A program made the translations under genes and the position numbers. The notes below the pieces were generated by a model. The model saw nothing but the letters and a program-made list of their open reading frames with translations. It searched no databases and was not told the DNA's origin. A stretch of DNA of 32,000 nucleotides from Yinghuangia seranimata (lineage in GTDB: Bacteria > Actinomycetota > Actinomycetes > Streptomycetales > Streptomycetaceae): the NCBI RefSeq assembly GCF_029953285.1, contig NZ_JASAOI010000058.1, positions 31,547 through 63,546 of the forward strand. Direction: 5' to 3'. Shown piece by piece: positions 24,712 through 32,000 of the stretch; positions within the stretch are counted from its first letter, which is position 1, and every line of letters begins with the position of its first letter.

Positions 24712-25644
24712 TTACCCCTGGTCCAGGACGACGGACCTGGTCAGGTTGCGGGGGCGGTCGGGGTCGAGGTTTCGGGCGTAGGCGACCGCCGCGGCGAGGC
24801 GTTGGGCGCGGATCAGGTCGGCCATCGGGTCGCCCGGGTTGGAGACGAGGTGGGCGCCGGTGGGGGCGATGTCGGTGGCGAGGCCTTCGGGGACGGGGCC
24901 GAAGATCCAGGTCACGCGGCCCGGGGCGGCGATGCTGATCGGGCCGTGGCGGTATTCCATGGCCGGGTAGTGCTCGGTCCAGGCGCCGTTGGCCTCGCGC
25001 ATCTTCAGGGCGGCCTCGGCGGCGAGGCCGACCGTCCAGCCGGTGCCGAGGAAGGTGAACTGCTCGGCGGCGAGCAGGGCTTCCGGGAGCGGGTCGGTGA
25101 CGGCGACGGCCGCGTCGCGGATCGCGGCGGTGAGGTCCTCGCCGAGGTGCGCGCGCAGGAGGGCGAGTGCCGTGGTGGCGAAGCGGGTCTGGACGACGGA
25201 CTGCTCGTCGGCCCAGTCCAGGAGGATCGCGTGGTCGGCGGCGGTGACGCCGGGGGTGCCCGGGGAGCCGGTGATCACGGTCGTCGGGACGCTGCCCCGC
25301 AGGCGGTCCAGCAGGTCGAGGACCTCGGTGGTGGTGCCGGAGCGGGTGAGCGCGACGACGCGGTCGTAGCCGCGGGTGTGCGGGTACTCGGACGCGGCGA
25401 GCGCGTCGGTCCAGCCGTGGCCGGCCTGTTCGCGCAGGACGGCGTACGCCTGGGCGATGAACCAGGACGTGCCGCAGCCGACGACGGCGACGCGTTCGCC
25501 GGGGGCCGGGAGGCCCTCGGGCGGGTTGTCCTTGTCGGTCGCGAGGGCCGCCGCGCGTGCCCAGAGATCGGGTTGTGTGGCGATCTCCGCCACGGTGTGT
25601 CCCGCTCCGACGGCGGGGCCGTCCGTGGTCTGGCTCGGCGTCAT
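24712..25644 (-). CDS. SIS-domain phosphosugar isomerase/deaminase (AgaS-like)
   Basis: HTVAEIATQPDLWARAAAL, VAVVGCGTSWFIAQAYA, ALTRSGTTTEVLDLL, FLGTGWTVGLAAEAALKMREANGAWTEHYPAMEYRHGP. Confidence 0.85.
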   Translation of the reverse strand: MTPSQTTDGPAVGAGHTVAEIATQPDLWARAAALATDKDNPPEGLPAPGERVAVVGCGTSWFIAQAYAVLREQAGHGWTDALAASEYPHTRGYDRVVALTRSGTTTEVLDLLDRLRGSVPTTVITGSPGTPGVTAADHAILLDWADEQSVVQTRFATTALALLRAHLGEDLTAAIRDAAVAVTDPLPEALLAAEQFTFLGTGWTVGLAAEAALKMREANGAWTEHYPAMEYRHGPISIAAPGRVTWIFGPVPEGLATDIAPTGAHLVSNPGDPMADLIRAQRLAAAVAYARNLDPDRPRNLTRSVVLDQG

Positions 25645-25703
25645 CGGCGCTGCCTCCAAGGGGCCGGATAGTTCCCGGACTGCTCGAATGTGCTCATTGA
25701 ATA

Positions 25704-25725
25704 GCAGTTGAAAGCATAAAACTGC
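25704..25725. promoter_or_regulatory. Candidate DeoR/AgaR-type operator in divergent promoter
   Basis: Inverted repeat GCAGTTgaaagcataaAACTGC in a short AT-richer patch between the divergent SIS and DeoR genes. Confidence 0.45.
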
Positions 25726-25804
25726 AAGAACGCCATAGGCTGTGCTCCACAGAGTGTGCGTGCCCGCGGGCCCGCTGTGAGCGGACCCGGCCGGACCGGG
25801 CAGG

Positions 25805-26626
25805 ATGAACCCCGACGACGGGGGCGACAGGGAGGTCACGGTGAGCCGGTACGAGCGGTGGGGCGCGCTCCTGGAGCTGCTCGCCAAGGAGGGGCGGCTC
25901 GAGGTCGAGGAGGCCGCCGAGGCCCTCGACGTGTCCGCCGCGACCATCCGCCGCGACCTCGACCAGCTCGCGCAGCAGCAGATGCTCACGCGCACCCGTG
26001 GCGGCGCGGTGGCCCACTCGGTCTCGTACGACCTGCCGCTGCGCTACAAGACCGCCCGCCGCGCGTCCGAGAAGCAGCGCATCGCGGTGGCCGCCGCGGC
26101 GCTCGTGCAGCCCGGCCAGACCGTCGGCATCAACGGCGGCACGACGATGACCGAGGTGGCGCGGGCCCTGGTGACGCGCGCGGACCTGCACGCCGACGGC
26201 GACGCGACGTCGCTGACGGTGGTGACCAACGCCCTGAACATCGCGGGCGAGCTCGCGGTGCGCCGGCACGTGAAGATCGTGGTCACCGGCGGTGTCGCGC
26301 GCCCGCAGTCGTACGAGCTGATCGGCCCGCTGGCCACCGGCATCCTGCGCGAGGTGGCGCTGGACGTGGCGATGCTGGGCGTCGACGCGGTGGACGTGGA
26401 GCACGGCGCGAGCGCGCACCACGAGGGCGAGGCGAGCATCAACCAGCTGATGGCGGCCGGTGCCGAGCGGGTCATCGTGGCGGCCGACTCGTCGAAGCTC
26501 GGCCGGCGCGCGTTCGCGCGCATCTGCCCGGTGGACGCGATCGACACGCTGGTGACGGACTCCGCGGCGCCGGACGCTGTGGTAGCCCGGTTCACCGAGG
26601 CCGGCGTGCGGGTCGTCCGGGTCTGA
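25805..26626 (+). CDS. DeoR-family transcriptional regulator (AgaR-like)
   Basis: RYERWGALLELLAKEGRLEVEEAAEALDVSAATIRRDLDQLAQQQMLTRTRGGAVAH; C-terminal sugar-phosphate sensing domain with INGGTTMTEVARAL and VVTNALNIAGEL. Confidence 0.88.
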   Translation: MNPDDGGDREVTVSRYERWGALLELLAKEGRLEVEEAAEALDVSAATIRRDLDQLAQQQMLTRTRGGAVAHSVSYDLPLRYKTARRASEKQRIAVAAAALVQPGQTVGINGGTTMTEVARALVTRADLHADGDATSLTVVTNALNIAGELAVRRHVKIVVTGGVARPQSYELIGPLATGILREVALDVAMLGVDAVDVEHGASAHHEGEASINQLMAAGAERVIVAADSSKLGRRAFARICPVDAIDTLVTDSAAPDAVVARFTEAGVRVVRV

Positions 26627-26805
26627 TCCGGCCTTCGGCCGCACCCGTTCGGGGCCGGTTCCCCGCCGGGTTCCCTGACGGAGCGTCAGCGCTCAATCGT
26701 TATCGATCGAAAACCTTACGTTTTTAGTCCGATTCGCCCAGGTTTGTGGGTCTCTGCGGCATGCCTGGAGCCATGTCGACAAGATCGCGTCTAACTATTC
26801 GGCAA

Positions 26806-26821
26806 ATTGGTGTAGACCTTT
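26806..26821. promoter_or_regulatory. DasR-like (dre) operator candidate
   Basis: ATTGGTGTAGACCTTT resembles the palindromic GntR/DasR consensus ACTGGTCTAGACCACT (12/16 identical, core GGTnTAGACC). Confidence 0.6.
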
Positions 26822-26882
26822 TCCGGAACGGGGTGTTGACTGCGTACCGGCGGAGTCCCAAGATGCTCGTCACTGCTTAAAA

Positions 26883-26908
26883 GTTTGCACTGCGATCACG
26901 TTGCAAAC
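26883..26908. promoter_or_regulatory. Inverted repeat upstream of ABC transporter operon
   Basis: GTTTGCA (26883-26889) - 12 nt - TGCAAAC (26902-26908). Confidence 0.5.
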
Positions 26909-26997
26909 ACTTATGCGCAAGACCAAGCAGGCGGCTCCGTCCTCCCGGAGCCGACGGCGAACCAAGTCGTGTCTCCGGTGGAAAAGGTGGTTTCAGG

Positions 26998-28320
26998 GTG
27001 AAGCGTCACCTGATGGCGGCGGCCGCGATAGGCCTCTCCGCGACGATGATGTTGACCGCGTGCGGTGGCAGCAGCGACGACAAGGACGACGACAGCCCGT
27101 CCTCGGCCGCGCCCGGCGGCAGCGGAGGCGCGGCGCCCGCGCCCAAGGACGGCTCGATCAAGCTGGTCGTGGCGGACTACGGCAGCGGCGACGGCAGCAC
27201 GCAGAAGTACTGGGGCGGCGTCATCTCCAGCTTCAACGCGAAGTACCCCGGCATCAAGGTCGATCTCCAGGTGATCAACTGGGACGACATCGACAAGCAG
27301 GTCCAGACGATGGTCCAGAACAACCAGCTTCCGGACATCCTGCAGACCGGCGGATACGCCGACAAAGTCGCCGACGACCTGCTCTACCCGGTGAAGGACG
27401 TCATGTCCGACGCCACCCGGGCCGACTTCATCGACTCGTTCCTCCCGGCCGCTACGGTCAAGGGCGAGCAGTACGGCATCCCGTTCACCTCGAGCACCCG
27501 CCAGCTCATCTACAACAAGGACCTCTTCGCGAAGGCCGGCATCACCGACCCGCCGAAGACGTGGGACGAGCTGAAGGCCGACGCCGAGAAGCTGAAGGCC
27601 GCGGGCGTGCAGACGCCTTTCGGCCTGCCGCTCGGCAAGGAGGAGGCCCAGGGCGAGTTCATGAACTGGATGCTCGGCAACGGCGGCGGCTACAAGACCG
27701 GTGACAAGTACACGGTCAACAGCCAGGCCAACGTCGACACCATGAACTGGGTCAACGACAACCTGGTCAAGACCGGCCTGACCGAGCCGAACCCGGGCAC
27801 CAAGAACCGCAAGGACGTCTACACCGAGTTCTACGGCGGCACCGTCGGCATGGTGAACAGCAACCCGACGATGCTGACCCAGATCAAGGCCAAGTACCCG
27901 AACCTCAACTTCGGCACGGCCGCGATCCCCGGCAAGACCGGCCCGCTGGACTCCACGCTCGGCGTCTGCGACTGGGTGATGGCGTTCAAGAAGAACGGCA
28001 AGAAGGACCAGATCCGGGCCTTCCTCGACGTCGCCTTCAACACCGAGAACTCGCTGCGCTTCCAGCAGGAGAACTCGTTCGCCCCGGTGACCAAGTCGGT
28101 CATGCAGAAGATGGTCGCCGACCCGGCGAACGCCGGCCTCAAGCCGTACATCGACCTGCTGCCGAAGGCGAAGTTCTACCCGCTGAACGACACCGCGTGG
28201 GACGTGCTCTCGCCGAAGATCAAGGAGCAGCTGGGCCTCGCGGTCTCCGGAAAGTCGCCCAAGGACGTCCTGGACCAGCTCCAGAAGGAAGCCGAGAACG
28301 CGGTCCAGCAGCAGAAGTAG
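26998..28320 (+). CDS. Sugar ABC transporter substrate-binding lipoprotein
   Basis: GTG start; signal peptide with lipobox LTAC (MKRHLMAAAAIGLSATMMLTACGGSS); extracellular solute-binding family 1 features. Confidence 0.9.
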   Translation: MKRHLMAAAAIGLSATMMLTACGGSSDDKDDDSPSSAAPGGSGGAAPAPKDGSIKLVVADYGSGDGSTQKYWGGVISSFNAKYPGIKVDLQVINWDDIDKQVQTMVQNNQLPDILQTGGYADKVADDLLYPVKDVMSDATRADFIDSFLPAATVKGEQYGIPFTSSTRQLIYNKDLFAKAGITDPPKTWDELKADAEKLKAAGVQTPFGLPLGKEEAQGEFMNWMLGNGGGYKTGDKYTVNSQANVDTMNWVNDNLVKTGLTEPNPGTKNRKDVYTEFYGGTVGMVNSNPTMLTQIKAKYPNLNFGTAAIPGKTGPLDSTLGVCDWVMAFKKNGKKDQIRAFLDVAFNTENSLRFQQENSFAPVTKSVMQKMVADPANAGLKPYIDLLPKAKFYPLNDTAWDVLSPKIKEQLGLAVSGKSPKDVLDQLQKEAENAVQQQK

Positions 28321-28448
28321 CCCCGCTGCTCCCGCTTCCCGTCCCGCTCCACCCGTCCTGACCGAGGCCACGCCGCCCCGGACGCGCCCGTCGCGTCCCG
28401 GGCGGCGCGGCCGCGACCGACCCCCTCGCCCCGAGGGAGGAGTTCACC

Positions 28449-29408
28449 GTGCGCGAGACCGCGTCACCACCCACGTCGCGGAAACCGTCCGGGGACGACG
28501 GCCAGGCCGCACCCGCCGCCCGCCGCCCCTTTTCCGCCCGACTGCGCACCGCGCTCGGACCCCTGCCGTGGATCAGCCCCGCGATCATCCTGATCGCGTT
28601 CGTCGTGCTCTGGCCCGTCGTCGAGATGGTGCGCAGTTCGTTCCTGCGCATCCGCCGCAGCGGCATCGTCAAGGGCTCGAACGGCACCGACAACTACAAG
28701 AAGCTGTTCGACGAGCCGGACTTCACCCACGTGCTGTGGAACACCATGGTGTGGGTGGTCTGCGTCGTCGGCATCACCATCGTGCTGTCGCTGGCCCTGG
28801 CCCAGCTGTTCAACCAGCAGTTCCCGGGACGCCGGGTGGCGCGGTGGGCGCTCATCATCCCGTGGGCGGCGTCGGTCTTCATGACCGCGATCGTGTTCCG
28901 CTGGATGCTGCACCACAGCTACGGCGCCATCAACACGCTGCTGGTGGACCTGCACGTCATCGACGAGGGCAAGGACTGGCTCGGCGAACCGTCCACCGCG
29001 TTCCCGTGGATGATCGGCGTCGCGGTGTTCGTGTCGCTGCCGTTCACCACCTACACGCTGCTGGCCGGCCTGCAGACGATCCCCGGCGAGGTGTACGAGG
29101 CCGCCCGCATGGACGGCGCGTCGACGTGGCGCACCTACCTGAGCGTCACGCTGCCGCTGCTGCGTCCGGCGATCCTGGTGGCCGTCGTCATCAACCTGAT
29201 CAACGTCTTCAACTCGTTCCCGATCATCTGGGCGATGACCGGGGGCGGACCGGGCTACGAGACCGACACGACGACGACGTTCATGTACAAGATCAAGGCC
29301 AGCGACATCGGCGAGAGCGCGGCCCTGTCGGTCGTCAACTTCGGCATCATCATCGTGCTCGTACTGCTGTACCTGGGCGTCAACCGCTGGAACAAGGAGG
29401 CGGACTGA
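28449..29408 (+). CDS. Sugar ABC transporter permease (MalF type)
   Basis: Six TM-like segments; EAA-loop EVYEAARMDGASTWRTYLSVTLPLLRPAI. Confidence 0.9.
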   Translation: MRETASPPTSRKPSGDDGQAAPAARRPFSARLRTALGPLPWISPAIILIAFVVLWPVVEMVRSSFLRIRRSGIVKGSNGTDNYKKLFDEPDFTHVLWNTMVWVVCVVGITIVLSLALAQLFNQQFPGRRVARWALIIPWAASVFMTAIVFRWMLHHSYGAINTLLVDLHVIDEGKDWLGEPSTAFPWMIGVAVFVSLPFTTYTLLAGLQTIPGEVYEAARMDGASTWRTYLSVTLPLLRPAILVAVVINLINVFNSFPIIWAMTGGGPGYETDTTTTFMYKIKASDIGESAALSVVNFGIIIVLVLLYLGVNRWNKEAD

Positions 29409-29409
29409 C

Positions 29410-30330
29410 ATGGCGGACCTCGTCGTCACCCAGGAGACCGAGCCGCCGGCGGACAAGCGTCCCGACCGGAAGCGCGCCGACAAGAAGCGGACGCGTCCCG
29501 CGTTCCTCGGCGAGCGGGGCTGGGGCAGGAAGTGGACTCTCGCGGTCGTCGCGTGGTCCGTCGCGCTGATCTTCGTCGCGCCGTACGCCGAGATGTTCAT
29601 CGGCGCGCTGCGGCCCAGCGACGAACTGACCAAGCCGGGCTACCTGCCCTCGACGTTCGAGTGGTCGAACTTCGTCAACGTGTGGAAGGACTCCACGCTC
29701 GGCGACAACCTCCAGGTGTCGCTGCTGGTCGCCGGGCTGTCCACGGTGCTGGTGATCCTCGTCGCGCTGCCGGCCGCGTACTACACCGCGCGCCGCCGCT
29801 ACCGGGGCCGCGGGGCGTTCCTGCTGCTGGTCCTGGTGACCCAGATGTTCCAGCCGACCGCGCTGCTGGTCGGCCTCTACCGCGAGTTCTACAACGCCGA
29901 CCTGCTGGACTCGGTGTGGGCGCTGGTGCTCGTCAACGGCGCGTTCAACCTGGCGTTCGCGGTGTGGATCCTGACCGCGTACTTCGGCTCGATCCCGGTG
30001 GAGCTCGAAGAGGCCGCGATGATCGACGGCGCGTCGCGGTTCGGTGCGCTGCGCCGTGTGACGCTGCCGCTGGCCATGCCCGGCATCGTGACGGCCGTCA
30101 TCTTCGCGTTCATCACCGCGTGGAACGAGTTCGTGGTCGGCCTCGCGCTCATCACGACGCCCGAGAAGCAGCCGCTGACGGTCGGCATCAACAGCTTCCT
30201 CGGCGCCTACGAGGTGCAGTGGCAGTACCTGTTCGCGGGATCGGTCATCGCGATCGTGCCGGTCGTGATCCTGTTCGCGTTCATCGAGAAGCACGTGGTG
30301 TCCGGCCTGACCGCCGGTTCCATCAAGTAA
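29410..30330 (+). CDS. Sugar ABC transporter permease (MalG type)
   Basis: EAA-loop PVELEEAAMIDGASRFGALRRVTLPLAMPGIVTAV; TM-rich. Confidence 0.9.
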   Translation: MADLVVTQETEPPADKRPDRKRADKKRTRPAFLGERGWGRKWTLAVVAWSVALIFVAPYAEMFIGALRPSDELTKPGYLPSTFEWSNFVNVWKDSTLGDNLQVSLLVAGLSTVLVILVALPAAYYTARRRYRGRGAFLLLVLVTQMFQPTALLVGLYREFYNADLLDSVWALVLVNGAFNLAFAVWILTAYFGSIPVELEEAAMIDGASRFGALRRVTLPLAMPGIVTAVIFAFITAWNEFVVGLALITTPEKQPLTVGINSFLGAYEVQWQYLFAGSVIAIVPVVILFAFIEKHVVSGLTAGSIK

Positions 30331-30362
30331 GCCCCGCGCCCGGTAGGACCGGGCCGGGTCGG

Positions 30363-30417
30363 AAAAAACCCGAGAGGCCGAGCGGGCACACCCCCGATGC
30401 GCCCGCCCGGCCTCTCG
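30363..30417 (-). terminator. Rho-independent terminator for the minus-strand cupin gene (hairpin may also serve the plus strand)
   Basis: 17-bp stem with 1 mismatch (30371-30387 / 30401-30417). On the minus strand it is followed by GGTTTTTTCC. Confidence 0.8.
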
Positions 30418-30430
30418 TCCGTGTTACCGC

Positions 30431-30796
30431 TCAGAGCTGGATGACGTACGCCTTGCGCAGCGTCTCGTGGACCGTCCACGTGGTCTTCGCGCCCTCTTCG
30501 AGCACGCACGCGTCGCCGGGGCCGACCTCGATCGTCGGGCCGCCCTCGACCTCGATGGTCGCGCGGCCGCTGACCACGACGAACATCTCGTTCGCCTCGG
30601 TGTCGGTCACCACGCCCGGGGTGATCTGCCACAGCCCACGCAGGATCTTGCCGTCCTCGGACTCCCACAGCAGCTTGCCGGAGACCTCGGGCGAACCGGA
30701 GACGATCTGGGCCGGGTCGAGCGGGTCGGGTTCGAGCTCGGCGTCGGGGATGTGAACCGCGAACGTGCCGTGGGACGTGGAGTCAGAGGTGGACAT
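30431..30796 (-). CDS. Cupin-fold protein
   Basis: GLWQITPGVVTDTEANEMFVVVSGRATIEVEGGPTIEVGPGDACVLEEGAKTTWTVHETLRKAYVIQL. Confidence 0.85.
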   Translation of the reverse strand: MSTSDSTSHGTFAVHIPDAELEPDPLDPAQIVSGSPEVSGKLLWESEDGKILRGLWQITPGVVTDTEANEMFVVVSGRATIEVEGGPTIEVGPGDACVLEEGAKTTWTVHETLRKAYVIQL

Positions 30797-31007
30797 GGGG
30801 CTGGAGCTTAGTGCCCGATTGAGCCCGGTCTGACCGCGGGGCGCGTACCCTACAGCGCGTCGCCGGGCAGGCGGGTGAATCAGGTGGTTTTCCCGGCCTG
30901 TTGGATGTGGCGGTGCAGGGTGGCGTCGGAGCGGCCGGGCAGAATGACGGCACGGAGGCGCGGGCCCGCCACGCGGGGGCCGCGACGCAGGAAGAGGGGC
31001 GACGAGG

Positions 31008-31403
31008 ATGAACGACCGGGACACCGAAGCGCGCGAGGCGACCATCTCGATACCGCTGGGCGGAGAGGTCGCGGTCGTCCCGCCGCAGGCGCCGGAGCCG
31101 CGTCGCGTCGACGCCGAGGCGGCGCTCGACCCGGCCGGTGCCGAGCGCACGGAGTCCGGGCTGTCCGAGCGCGACCTCGACATCCTCGACTTCGAACGCC
31201 AGTGGTGGCGGCACGCGGGAGCCAAGGAGCGCGCGGTCCGCGACCGCTTCGGGTGCACGCCGACCCGCTACTACCAGGCGCTCAACGCGCTGCTCGACCG
31301 TCCCGAGGCGCTCGAACACGATCCGATGCTGGTCTCGCGCCTGCGCAGGCTGCGTACCGCGCGCCAGCAGGCGCGTTCGGCCGTGCGTCGGCACGGGGGC
31401 TGA
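31008..31403 (+). CDS. DUF3263-family protein
   Basis: LSERDLDILDFERQWWRHAGAKERAVRDRFGCTPTRYYQALNALLDRPEALEHDPMLVSRLRRLR, a characteristic actinobacterial conserved domain. Confidence 0.85.
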   Translation: MNDRDTEAREATISIPLGGEVAVVPPQAPEPRRVDAEAALDPAGAERTESGLSERDLDILDFERQWWRHAGAKERAVRDRFGCTPTRYYQALNALLDRPEALEHDPMLVSRLRRLRTARQQARSAVRRHGG

Positions 31404-31569
31404 CGCCGGCCCGCCCACCCGGACCCGGTGGCGGTTCGCCGCTCCGTTCGCTCACGCCGTTCACGCCCGCGCGTCGTCCCCGCCGGGCGTCGTCGCGTCG
31501 TTTCGCCCTCGCCCCTTCTTTCTCTCCCGTCCCTTCTCTTCCTCTTCTCTCTCGACCCCGGAGAGACGC

Positions 31570-32000
31570 CGATGCGCCTTCCCCGTCCGCCCCGCCTGTC
31601 CGGACCGCGCCCCGCTCGGCGCCGTGTCCTGCCGGACCTGACCGATCCGGGCCGGACGTTCGCCGGGTTCGGTCGGACGGGCGGGGTGTGGCGGCGGCCC
31701 GACCACCTCGCCGACGCGGCGTTCGGGACGGGCGCCGCGCGGCGTCCGCTGGAACGGCTCGGCCCCGCGGGCACCGCGACCATCGCGGTCTCGGTCGCCG
31801 CGGCGCTGGCCGCCGTGCTGCTGGCGGGGTTCGGCGGCTCGTGGGGTGACCCGGATCCGCGCGCGGACGACGCGCCGGCAGCGGCGGCGAGCCCGGCCGC
31901 CGTCCTGCCCCCGCCCGCCGCGGCCGCCGCGGGCCAGGCCGCGGTGCCCCCGCCCGACGCCCGGACCGGCTCCGGGGAGGTCGTCGTCCTCGGCCAGGGC
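31570..32000 (+). CDS. Membrane-anchored protein, truncated by window end
   Basis: ATG at 31570 with GGAG upstream; open to the window end; MRLPRPPRLSG...GPAGTATIAVSVAAALAAVLLAGFGG TM segment, then an Ala/Pro-rich extracytoplasmic linker. Confidence 0.6.

Noticed and set aside
26901-27704. 267-aa plus-strand ORF overlapping the solute-binding protein gene
   Set aside because: Out-of-frame Arg/Gln/Gly-rich translation of the well-supported lipoprotein gene.
1-32000. CRISPR array, tRNA or rRNA genes
   Set aside because: No regularly spaced direct repeats and no tRNA/rRNA-like sequence were recognised on reading. A tRNAscan or CRISPR finder run would be needed to exclude them formally.

Overview
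High-GC actinomycete (Streptomyces-like) chromosomal segment, 32 kb, dense and mostly ordinary in gene layout, with several unusual features. Left edge: a CHAP-type peptidoglycan hydrolase gene (159..1874) whose reading frame is interrupted by an in-frame 296-aa insertion. The insertion has the hallmarks of a class 3 intein: Ala1, Trp in block B, Cys in block F, Thr-His-Asn at the C-terminus, +1 Thr. It sits directly after the predicted catalytic E-G-N motif of the CHAP fold and carries a shortened, probably degenerate LAGLIDADG domain. Next come: (i) a minus-strand operon with AMP-ligase, cupin, D-2-hydroxyacid dehydrogenase and a four-subunit 2-oxoacid:ferredoxin oxidoreductase, divergent from a TetR regulator with a repeated palindromic operator candidate; (ii) a GAF/PAS/GGDEF protein; (iii) a proline-rich anchored protein with a C-terminal CBM6/35-like domain; (iv) a SAM hydrolase/adenosyltransferase (DUF62); (v) an AfsK-like Ser/Thr kinase with a beta-propeller; (vi) a GH65 phosphorylase with a beta-phosphoglucomutase-like HAD protein; (vii) a small RHH/MazF-like toxin-antitoxin pair abutting a 245-bp TA-flanked MITE-like element; (viii) an amino-sugar catabolic cluster resembling an aga (GalNAc) pathway, with a DeoR regulator, an ABC transporter and a DasR-like dre motif; (ix) a cupin, a DUF3263 protein and the start of a membrane protein. 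All assignments come from reading protein motifs in the sequence. No database search was run.
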